A DNA stretch of 64,000 nucleotides from a virus (taxonomy: Duplodnaviria; Heunggongvirae; Uroviricota; Caudoviricetes): the IMG/VR virus record IMGVR_UViG_3300026521_000571. One strand, written 5' to 3'. Positions 26,888 to 35,325 of this stretch are shown here, piece by piece. The notes under the pieces were generated by a model, which saw nothing but the letters and a program-made list of their open reading frames with translations, made no database searches and had not been told where the DNA came from. The position numbers and the translations under genes are program-made. Position 1 is the stretch's first letter. Every line of letters starts with the position of its first letter.

Positions 26888-29800
26888 GAAGGGTCTATCT
26901 GTTTAATAAAGACATAATTGCCTGCGTCGAATATTCTGCGGTAGTCGTTATTGAACATATTCTCAGCTTCAGTAAGTTTTGGATCAAAAACTTTAAGTTT
27001 ATCTTTAAGCTTATGTTTCTGAAAGCTAGCTCTATGCCATAACTGCTGAGGATTATCTGGATGGAAATAATAATAGTTCGGTGAACTTATATTTTTTAGG
27101 GAAAAGCCGAGTGTTTTATATAGATTACCATCAGACCATCGGCGATTCGCATAACTAACCAAGGCTACACTTTTATCCTTAGGTAGATTTCTTTCGAAAG
27201 CCTTAAATAATTTACTAGCAGCTCCTGGAACAGACCAGTCTTTTTTAACAGCGAATCTAATTAATTCATAAGCAAGTCCTTTATTCTTTTCGAACCTTGT
27301 TTTACCAAATGTCATAATTGCAATTAATTCCCCTTTGTATCTTAGACCATATCTAATTGGTCCGATAGCATCTCCACCTTGCAGATGGTTTTCATCAAGA
27401 AAATCTCTAGCTTCAGGTACTTCTACACAAACTGTACACTTTCTAGCAAATACTCTATTTTTCTGTTTATGCATTTTATTCTGAATAACACTAAACCAAA
27501 TATTTTTCTGACGATTATCTAAGAACTCATTTTCATTAATATTCAAAAGATGAATACCTTTAGCTTCGGCATCTTTTAATTTCGAAAGCATTTGATTTCT
27601 ATCTTTACCAGGCGTATTGAAAATACTATGCTTACTTATACCTTGGCTATGGAACATCAAACCGTTGTATTCAATAGCTAGATTATAATCAGGTAGATAT
27701 AAATCTAATTCCTTAGGTGGAATAACATCTCTTGGGTTTCTAATAATTCTAGCATCAGGATCTATTGATTTAATAAAATTATATATTTCATCTTCAGCGT
27801 AGCTGGATGTTCGCTTTTTGTAAGTAATATTATGCTGGCGTAATAATTTATAAGCAGTTGTTTCACTACAGTTGATGGTTTCCATCATCCTGATTAAATC
27901 TAGCTTATTGTCTTCTACAAAAGATTTTAAAAACTCTTCACTGGATGGATATTTATTTTCAATTTTAGCCTTAAAACTATTTGCTTGTTGATAGCTATCG
28001 GCTCCATAACGTTCTCGACAAGTATTTTTGGTTTTAGCTAATGTTTCAGGCAATTTGCTTTGTATGATTGCTTTAAAACTAGGTGTTTGTGGATAATAGT
28101 CTACTCCATAACGTTCGCGATTGGTTTCAATAACTTTTAATTTACATTCATCCGTTTGTGAATAATGTTCTACACCATAACGTTCGCGATTGGTTTTAAT
28201 AACTTTTAATTTACATTCATCCGTTTGTGAATAATTTTTAACACCATATTTTTTAAGGTTAGTAGCTTTGGCTTTTTCTTGATATTCAGGCAACCTTACT
28301 TTATAAACATCAGATTGTGTGTAATTTTTAGCACCGTATTTTTTAAGATTAGTCTCTTGAGATTTCTTAATTATTTCTGGCAGTCTAGTTTTAAAACTAA
28401 TAGATTGCATAAAATGTTCTACACCATAACGTTCGCGATTGGTTTTAATAACTTTTAATTTACATTCATCCGTTTGTGAATAATTTTTAACACCATATTT
28501 TTTAAGGTTAGTAGCTTGAGATTTCTTAATTATTTCTGGCAGTCTTAATTTATAAATATCTGATTGTGTATAATGATCGACACCATACTGCTCACGACAA
28601 GTTGCTTTAGTTTTAGCTATTATTTCAGGTTTTCTTGATTTATAATTAACAGATTGTGTATAATAATCTGTTCCGTAACGCTCTTGGTTAGTTTTAATGG
28701 TTTTAATTTTATATTCATCTGTTTGTGGATAATAGTCTACTCCATAACGTTCGCGATTGGTTTCAATAACTTTTAATTTACATTCATCCGTTTGTGAATA
28801 ACTTTTGACACCGTATCTTTCAAGGTTAGTTTTAAAAATCTGTTTAATTATTTCAGGTAACCTAGTTTTAAAACTAGTTGATTGCGTATAATAATCGGTC
28901 CCATAGCGTTCGCGATTAGTTGCTTTGGATTTTAATTTATATTCATCAGTTTGAGTATAATATTCTACGCCGTATCTTTCGAGGTTGGTTTTAATAATTC
29001 TTAATTTGCATTCATCTGTTTGTGAATAATAATCTGTCCCATATCGTTCGCGATTGGTCTTAATAGTTTTATTTCTATATTCTGGTAATTTAGATTTATA
29101 TTCATCGGATTGTGTAAAATAAGCTGCTCCATACAATTTGCGGTTGGTTTCAATAACTTTTAATTTACATTCATCCGTTTGTGAATAACTTTTCGCCCCG
29201 TATTTTTCTAGGTTGGTTTTAAAAGCCCGTTTAATTATTTCAGGTAGCCTAGTTTTAAAACTGGTTGATTGCATATAACTGTCAGTCCCATAACGCTCAA
29301 GACAAGTCATCTTCGATTTAATTTTAAACTCATCTGTTTGGAAATACCAATCAGCATTATAACGCTCACGATTAGTTTTAATAATTTTTTCTAAAATTTT
29401 GATAGAATTTTCTTTAATAAAATTTTTAAAAGCTTCAGTTTGTGAATAATGTTCTACACCATATCTTTCAAGGTTAGTTGCTTTCGCTTTCTCTTGGACT
29501 TCGGGCAGCATACTTGGGACAGCAACTCCATATGTCTCCAAAAAATAATTTTTAGTTTTTTCTTTAATTTCTTCGGATTGTGCTGCGTGACGTACACCAA
29601 AACGCTCCAAATTAGTCTGTTCCTGTTTTTCTTTAATTTCTTTTACTTGCAAAGCATGTCTTACACCGTATTTTTCTTCGAGAGAATCCTGTGCTTTATC
29701 TACAGTATATCTTCTCATATATTCAGTATGTTCTTGGTCTTTTTTACCGCAGGTATAATAGAATCTACTTCTTCCCTGCTCATAAAATCTTAAGTCACCA

Positions 29801-30072
29801 CAGACTGGACAAAAAGCATCATCACCAATTAAACCATTTCGAATAAATATTAATCTAGTATTATCATCAATATCTTCAGGTAAAAAATCAGTGTACTTTT
29901 TAATAGTGCTTTTGAAACCTAAATATTCTTCTTTTAATTTTTTTCGTCTAGGGCATTTAGCGAAACGCTTTGTTTTTGGATTATATACTTCAACTTCTTC
30001 TAGAAATTTTAAATACATATCTGGTTCAAGATATTTTATTCTAATATGTTCTTTTATATTCTCATCTTGCAT
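26884..30072 (-). CDS. Large tandem-repeat protein (1062 aa) with a C-terminal nuclease-like domain; putative homing-endonuclease-like protein
   Basis: N-terminal Cys pairs (CPRRKK, CPVCG ... TCGKKD); about 30 tandem 24..31-aa units (YSQTDECKLKVIETNRERYGV/DY); then LDLYLPDYNLAIEYNGLMFHSQG resembling the PD-(D/E)xK Vsr/DUF559-type core; conserved tail shared with 32033..33715. Confidence 0.75.
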   Translation of the reverse strand: MQDENIKEHIRIKYLEPDMYLKFLEEVEVYNPKTKRFAKCPRRKKLKEEYLGFKSTIKKYTDFLPEDIDDNTRLIFIRNGLIGDDAFCPVCGDLRFYEQGRSRFYYTCGKKDQEHTEYMRRYTVDKAQDSLEEKYGVRHALQVKEIKEKQEQTNLERFGVRHAAQSEEIKEKTKNYFLETYGVAVPSMLPEVQEKAKATNLERYGVEHYSQTEAFKNFIKENSIKILEKIIKTNRERYNADWYFQTDEFKIKSKMTCLERYGTDSYMQSTSFKTRLPEIIKRAFKTNLEKYGAKSYSQTDECKLKVIETNRKLYGAAYFTQSDEYKSKLPEYRNKTIKTNRERYGTDYYSQTDECKLRIIKTNLERYGVEYYTQTDEYKLKSKATNRERYGTDYYTQSTSFKTRLPEIIKQIFKTNLERYGVKSYSQTDECKLKVIETNRERYGVDYYPQTDEYKIKTIKTNQERYGTDYYTQSVNYKSRKPEIIAKTKATCREQYGVDHYTQSDIYKLRLPEIIKKSQATNLKKYGVKNYSQTDECKLKVIKTNRERYGVEHFMQSISFKTRLPEIIKKSQETNLKKYGAKNYTQSDVYKVRLPEYQEKAKATNLKKYGVKNYSQTDECKLKVIKTNRERYGVEHYSQTDECKLKVIETNRERYGVDYYPQTPSFKAIIQSKLPETLAKTKNTCRERYGADSYQQANSFKAKIENKYPSSEEFLKSFVEDNKLDLIRMMETINCSETTAYKLLRQHNITYKKRTSSYAEDEIYNFIKSIDPDARIIRNPRDVIPPKELDLYLPDYNLAIEYNGLMFHSQGISKHSIFNTPGKDRNQMLSKLKDAEAKGIHLLNINENEFLDNRQKNIWFSVIQNKMHKQKNRVFARKCTVCVEVPEARDFLDENHLQGGDAIGPIRYGLRYKGELIAIMTFGKTRFEKNKGLAYELIRFAVKKDWSVPGAASKLFKAFERNLPKDKSVALVSYANRRWSDGNLYKTLGFSLKNISSPNYYYFHPDNPQQLWHRASFQKHKLKDKLKVFDPKLTEAENMFNNDYRRIFDAGNYVFIKQIDPS

Positions 30073-30168
30073 CTCTTTCCTTTATATTATTGATTCGTAA
30101 CAATAAGCTTAACTAAGTTTAAACACTATGCTTATGAATAATTTATATTAAGTTTAAAAAGGACACAA

Positions 30169-31983
30169 ATGGCTCAATTGACCCACAATTTAAAAGGTTC
30201 CGGAGTTTTTGACAAACACGGAAATGAAATAGATATCGCGAGAGCTTATCTAATGTGTAAAATGTCACCGTTATTTTTTATAGAGAATTTCGTTATTATT
30301 GAGGTTGCTGGAGGTAAAATACCTATTAAAGAATCTGATTTATGGTATAGCACTCCGAAATATAGACAATTAATTCGAGGATTGCAAGAGTTTGACGCCG
30401 TTTCGTTTATGGCATCACGCCAGCACGGGAAAACTCAAACTGTGGCAGAATATTTGCTCTGGGCAATAATTTTCCACCCAGGTCTATTAATTGAGTACGT
30501 CACCTTAGATTCCAAGCGTGCTACTGACTTTATTAAACGTATAAAATTCATGCTCAAAGAATTACCTGATTGGCTTCGCGTTGATTTCAAAGGCAAATCA
30601 GAAAAAGTTACTTTTATTGAGCTTGAAAATGGCGCTAGAATTAACTCAAATTATGTTAGTGGTAGTATTGATCCTGATCGTCTTGGGCGTGGTATGTCAG
30701 CACCAATCATATACATTGATGAAACAGCTTTTATCCCAAAAATGGATATTGTCTGGGTAGCGATGCAACCAGCTATTTCAGCTGCAAGTAGATTTGCCAA
30801 GAAAAATGGATATCCAAATGGAATCATTTATACAACAACCCCAAATGGAGCTGGTGTAAATTTCTTTTATAATGTTTGGACCAGAGGCTGGGATAGCTCA
30901 GAATTATTCGAAGGCGATTCAATAAAAATTAGAGAAGACTGGCGTGATGTATTAGATTCAGACGATAATAAAAATAACTTCGTTAGGTTTAAAATTCACT
31001 GGTCTGAGACTAATAAAGATGAGAAATGGTATAAACAGCAAATTAAAGAATTGAACTTTAATATGAGAAAGGTTTCTCAAGAACTCGACCTGGTATTTCT
31101 TGGATCAAATAATGCTGTTTTCGACGATAGTATTCTTGAAGTTTTTACACCAAAAACAGTCAAAAGTGAACTTACATTGGCTTATGGAGAGAAGTTTAAT
31201 TTATTCGAAGATCTTGATCCAGAGAAAAAATACCTACTTGGGGTTGATACAGCAGCTTCAACTGCAGCTAAAAGCGACTATAGTGCTATGGTTTTGGTTG
31301 AAGCAGAGACTGGTCTTCAAGTTGGTGAATGGCATGGAAAATTCTCGATCGTAAAAAGATTTGCGCTGATGGTTAAATCAACGATCAGAGGACTTCATGA
31401 TATTCATGGATTGACAGATGATAGTTTAACAGTAATAATAGAAAGAAATAGTTTTGGATTAGGTGTTGTGGAAGATATTCTTTATTCGGATGAAGATTTC
31501 GATTATCCAGGTTATATGTACTGGACACAATTAAAACATGATAAAGTTCCTGGAATGCAGACTGACGCCAAACGTCGTGAGAAAATGTTTAATTTACTAT
31601 TGAGTATAATTAATGAAAATCCAAAATTAGCTCAAGGTGTTTTATTACAAGAAGAACTTCGAAATTTAGAGCAGAAACCGAATGGAAGATTTGAGGCGAC
31701 GACCGGAGCACATGATGACGTCGTGCTTTCATACAACTTCTGTCTTTTCGTCCGCGACGAGATGATCAAAGATGGATTAATTACACTAGATGGGAGTTTC
31801 AATAAACTCAATGCTGAACGTATAAATTATTATTTAGATGTAAGTATGAATAGTGTTGATCTCTTGAAAGATCGAAGAAAAAATAAAGAAGAATTAGAGA
31901 TAATCATTATAGATAACGATCATGAAGAGCGGCGCCAAGAAATGGACCAATTTGATTTCTGTAATAATATTATTATGCTTTAG
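30169..31983 (+). CDS. terL: Terminase large subunit (T4 gp17-like ATPase plus nuclease)
   Basis: Walker A SRQHGKTQT; Walker B IIYIDETAF; RNaseH-like nuclease motifs LGVDTAASTA and AHDDVVLSYNF; 604 aa. Confidence 0.9.
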   Translation: MAQLTHNLKGSGVFDKHGNEIDIARAYLMCKMSPLFFIENFVIIEVAGGKIPIKESDLWYSTPKYRQLIRGLQEFDAVSFMASRQHGKTQTVAEYLLWAIIFHPGLLIEYVTLDSKRATDFIKRIKFMLKELPDWLRVDFKGKSEKVTFIELENGARINSNYVSGSIDPDRLGRGMSAPIIYIDETAFIPKMDIVWVAMQPAISAASRFAKKNGYPNGIIYTTTPNGAGVNFFYNVWTRGWDSSELFEGDSIKIREDWRDVLDSDDNKNNFVRFKIHWSETNKDEKWYKQQIKELNFNMRKVSQELDLVFLGSNNAVFDDSILEVFTPKTVKSELTLAYGEKFNLFEDLDPEKKYLLGVDTAASTAAKSDYSAMVLVEAETGLQVGEWHGKFSIVKRFALMVKSTIRGLHDIHGLTDDSLTVIIERNSFGLGVVEDILYSDEDFDYPGYMYWTQLKHDKVPGMQTDAKRREKMFNLLLSIINENPKLAQGVLLQEELRNLEQKPNGRFEATTGAHDDVVLSYNFCLFVRDEMIKDGLITLDGSFNKLNAERINYYLDVSMNSVDLLKDRRKNKEELEIIIIDNDHEERRQEMDQFDFCNNIIML

Positions 31984-32032
31984 TGTTTCTAAATACTACT
32001 ATATAAAATTTAAATTAAAAAGGTTTTATTTT

Positions 32033-33715
32033 ATGGAAAACGATATGTTAGAAAAGTACGATAAATTTATTAAAAAATATAGTTCATTAGGAATAATAAA
32101 TTTTAAAGGGATTCGAGGGAAATCAAAAGCGAATAAAAATCAAAAAAAATTAATACATGAAGCGGAAGATGAATTGTGGAAGCTGACAGATTTTGCACCT
32201 GAAAATTACACCACTAAAGATAGAATGCAATTGATACGTGCCAAAATAACTTCTGAAAATTTTAAATGCCCAGTGTGTTCTAAACCCAGAATTAAATCAA
32301 ATGGGATGAATAAATTTTCAATTACTTGTGGTAAAAAAGATAAAGAACATGTAGAATATGCAAAAAAAGTTTTAAGCGATAGATTAAGAAAACCTAAAAA
32401 ATGTCCAGTTTGCGGGATAATGCATAATAATCGAAGTAAAGCCCAACTATGTGGTCTGATTGATGATGAGCATAAACATCATGCTATATCCTACCAGCAA
32501 TCAAAATATAAAAACACATTAATGGAAAAATATGGTGTCGAAAATGTCTCACAATTGGAAACTACTAAAGAAAAAAAGAAGAAAAAATTTCTAGAAAAAT
32601 ATGGTGTTGAAAACCCATCTCAATTGCATTTTAATCTAGATAATTTTAAAAATCTGAATAAAGAATTTATAGAAAATAATTTTATTATTGATGGCAAATA
32701 TGTTGATTTTGAAAAAATGGAGGAATATCTTGGTTGCTCAATTGTTAAAGTAAAATCAGTTCTTAAAGAGTTTGGTATAAAATATAAAAGACGTATCGGA
32801 GTGAGTAAACCTGAAAAAGAAATTTTAGATTTCATTAAAACAATAGATCCAGATGTTAGAGTTATTATGAATTCAAAGACCATTATTCCGCCTAAAGAAT
32901 TGGATTTATATCTACCTGATTATAATCTAGCTATTGAATACAATGGCTTGATGTTCCATAGCCAAGGTGTAAGTAAACACCGTATTTTCAATACTCCTCT
33001 AAGAAATCGTAATGAATTTTTAATAAAGACTAAAGTTTGTGAAAAAAAAGGAATACAGCTTTTACATATCAATGAAAATGAATGGTTAGATGATAAATTA
33101 AATATAATATGGAAATCAGTAATTAGAAATAAATTAAGAAAGAATACAATAAGTATAGGTGCTAGAAAATGTTTTCTTAGAAAACTAGTAACAGATGAAG
33201 ATCTAAAATTAAGCGCTAATTTTTTTTATGAAAACCATCTGCAAGGTGCAGGTGCTTTGGGTTCAATAAGGTATGGTTTATTTTATGAAGGCGAATTAAT
33301 ATCATGTATGACATTTGGTAAGACTAGATTTAGAAGAGGAGCATATGAATTAATAAGATTTGCTAATAAAATAAATTATAGTGTTCCAGGAGCGGCTAGT
33401 AAACTTTTAAAAGCATTCAGACAAGACCATAGCACAATTATTGTGAGTTATGCCAATCGCCGATGGTCTGATGGTAATTTATATAAAACACTTGGATTTA
33501 AATTAGAAGGAATTTCGAGTCCAAATTACTATTATTTTCATCAAAAAAATAAATTTAAGCTATGGCATAGAGCTAGCTTCCAGAAACATAAGCTTAAAGA
33601 TAAACTTAAAGTTTTTGATCCAAAGCTTACTGAAGCTGAGAATATGTTCAATAACGGCTTCCGTAGAATATTCGATGCAGGCAATTATGTCTTCATCTTA
33701 GAGGAGAAGGGTTAG
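32033..33715 (+). CDS. Paralog of 26884..30072: short-repeat version with the same C-terminal nuclease-like domain and tail
   Basis: Zn-ribbon-like CPVCS ... TCGKKDKEH and CPVCG ... CG; two EKYGVEN repeat units; LDLYLPDYNLAIEYNGLMFHSQG identical to the paralog; 3' ~130 bp about 95% identical at DNA level; start chosen at ATG 32033 to avoid overlapping terL. Confidence 0.7.
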   Translation: MENDMLEKYDKFIKKYSSLGIINFKGIRGKSKANKNQKKLIHEAEDELWKLTDFAPENYTTKDRMQLIRAKITSENFKCPVCSKPRIKSNGMNKFSITCGKKDKEHVEYAKKVLSDRLRKPKKCPVCGIMHNNRSKAQLCGLIDDEHKHHAISYQQSKYKNTLMEKYGVENVSQLETTKEKKKKKFLEKYGVENPSQLHFNLDNFKNLNKEFIENNFIIDGKYVDFEKMEEYLGCSIVKVKSVLKEFGIKYKRRIGVSKPEKEILDFIKTIDPDVRVIMNSKTIIPPKELDLYLPDYNLAIEYNGLMFHSQGVSKHRIFNTPLRNRNEFLIKTKVCEKKGIQLLHINENEWLDDKLNIIWKSVIRNKLRKNTISIGARKCFLRKLVTDEDLKLSANFFYENHLQGAGALGSIRYGLFYEGELISCMTFGKTRFRRGAYELIRFANKINYSVPGAASKLLKAFRQDHSTIIVSYANRRWSDGNLYKTLGFKLEGISSPNYYYFHQKNKFKLWHRASFQKHKLKDKLKVFDPKLTEAENMFNNGFRRIFDAGNYVFILEEKG

Positions 33716-33735
33716 GTTCCATTTGGAACCTAACC
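33710..33735. terminator. Perfect 11-bp stem-loop (ggttaggttcc-attt-ggaacctaacc) between convergent genes
   Basis: Seen directly; overlaps the stop codon of 32033..33715. Confidence 0.55.
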
Positions 33736-34554
33736 TTAGATCTCAAATGTTTCAATTTTATTCAGAGTCTCGCCAGGATAACCGAGTGGGTTGCATTTGA
33801 ACTCAATATCATTTAATTTAAAATTATAGTTATCATGAGTGTGTCCAAAGACATAAACTTTTGGATTTATATCTTTAATTAAATTAAATCTGTTATTCCA
33901 ATAGAATATATTATCCGGGCTGCCAATGTATTTCGAATTCCCGTGCTCCGAATTCCAAGGTATTTGAGGGACATGTGTTACTAAGATATCGCAGCCTTCT
34001 TCAGCAATATCTTTTAATTTCTGAGCCTGATCTTTTTCGTAATTCTCTAGCCAATAATTCTGCTGAAATTTATAGTTAGAAATATATATCATTCTACTAT
34101 CATTTGATACCTGGCGCCAGCGTTCAACATCAATAAACCCATGAATTTGGTACCAGCCCATACAACCACCTATTTTAATATCAGTCCCAAGAATATTTTT
34201 AACTTCACCTCTTAATAAAAATACATCTTCTAGTTCTTTTACTCTATCTTCTAGATCAATAATTCTGCTGATCGAATTCCCATAAATTTTTTTCTGAGAT
34301 CCAGACACAAGATACATATCATGATTTCCCAATACAAAATATATTTCTTTATATATTTCTTTAAGAAGTGTCAAGAATTTTATTGTCAGGTGATTGTAAT
34401 GACTTAAATCACCTGCTATAATTAAAACTTCAGATGGTTCATCTGGTAATATTTTATTAATTAATAATTTAAGTTGTTTTTCTGTCTTCGATAAATTCTT
34501 TAGTTTCACATAGAAATCTAAATGCACATCACTTATGTAATCAATTTTCATCAT
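33736..34554 (-). CDS. Calcineurin-like metallophosphoesterase (272 aa)
   Basis: SDVHLD, AGDLSH, GNHDMY and FGHTHD metallophosphatase signature blocks. Confidence 0.75.
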   Translation of the reverse strand: MMKIDYISDVHLDFYVKLKNLSKTEKQLKLLINKILPDEPSEVLIIAGDLSHYNHLTIKFLTLLKEIYKEIYFVLGNHDMYLVSGSQKKIYGNSISRIIDLEDRVKELEDVFLLRGEVKNILGTDIKIGGCMGWYQIHGFIDVERWRQVSNDSRMIYISNYKFQQNYWLENYEKDQAQKLKDIAEEGCDILVTHVPQIPWNSEHGNSKYIGSPDNIFYWNNRFNLIKDINPKVYVFGHTHDNYNFKLNDIEFKCNPLGYPGETLNKIETFEI

Positions 34555-34612
34555 TTTCCTTTAAAATTAATATTTCCTTTAAAAATTTATAAAAAATAAA
34601 AATAAAAAAATT

Positions 34613-34643
34613 GGGAAGGTTGTGTTCTGAACACAACCTTCCC
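34613..34643 (-). terminator. Rho-independent terminator for the minus-strand operon ending at 34649: perfect 14-bp stem (gggaaggttgtgttc-tg-aacacaaccttccc) followed on the minus strand by a long T-run
   Basis: Seen directly; A-run at 34590..34612 on the plus strand is the U-tract in minus sense. Confidence 0.75.
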
Positions 34644-34648
34644 TCTTT

Positions 34649-34999
34649 CTAGTCTTCTGCACCATCACTATCAGTAAGCATTTCTTTAAAATATTCTACT
34701 TGTCTAGAGATATCATCATCTTTTGCTTCATCCCTATTCTCAAAATTATCGAATGGTTTTAATCCAAGCTTTTCTGCTGCTATTTGATTGAAATCTATTA
34801 AATCATGAAGTGTTGCCTCAGAATCTAATAAACCAACATATTTATATGCACCAAGTATTGAATTAATAGTTAGAAATGATCCATGAATTAGATCTAAAAT
34901 ATTATCTGGATTTATATTCATTTCAAAAGCTGACGACTGCTTAACGACTTTAGCTTCTTTTGATTTCTCTACTTCTTCAACTTTTTTTAAATGTATCAT
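34649..34999 (-). CDS. Hypothetical acidic protein (116 aa)
   Basis: ORF. Confidence 0.5.
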   Translation of the reverse strand: MIHLKKVEEVEKSKEAKVVKQSSAFEMNINPDNILDLIHGSFLTINSILGAYKYVGLLDSEATLHDLIDFNQIAAEKLGLKPFDNFENRDEAKDDDISRQVEYFKEMLTDSDGAED

Positions 35000-35013
35000 T
35001 ATACTTATCCTTC

Positions 35014-35325
35014 CTATGAGAGATCTTTAAAGATCTCTTTCATTTTTGCTTGAGTTTCCTCAAGTTGCTTGACTTTATCTTTTACTTTTTTACGACCTTT
35101 CTTTGTACTAATGTTACGCCCAACAACATCTTCAGGTTTAATATCCATTTTCTTAGCTGTTTTTTTAGCAAATTTAGCTAGATCTTTTAAGGTTGCATCC
35201 TCTGAAAGAATTCCACCTTTTTTATAAGCTTCTAAAAAACCAACCATAGCGACAGTTGTTTCAGCTATAAAATTTGCAGCATCCGGAACATTCACCAACA
35301 TTTGACCTTTTTCTATTGTAATCAT
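35014..35325 (-). CDS. Hypothetical basic protein (103 aa)
   Basis: ORF, start coupled to the Pnkp-like gene stop. Confidence 0.5.
   Translation of the reverse strand: MITIEKGQMLVNVPDAANFIAETTVAMVGFLEAYKKGGILSEDATLKDLAKFAKKTAKKMDIKPEDVVGRNISTKKGRKKVKDKVKQLEETQAKMKEIFKDLS

Noticed and set aside
26884-30072. Possible CRISPR-like array from the strong DNA periodicity
   Set aside because: The periodicity is an in-frame protein repeat with variable unit lengths (24 and 31 aa). It has no constant-repeat and unique-spacer structure and lies within one long ORF. The 27-bp repeats at 37846..38007 also have no spacers.
29449-30100. Plus-strand ORFs 29449..29793 and 29891..30100 inside the repeat-nuclease gene
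   Set aside because: Antisense to a long motif-bearing ORF and low-complexity (F/L-rich).
31922-32032. Longer 597-aa start for the terL-downstream paralog, overlapping the terL 3' end
   Set aside because: It would overlap terL by 60 bp with no RBS. ATG 32033 follows the terL stop with an AAAGG box and begins exactly where similarity to the paralog starts.
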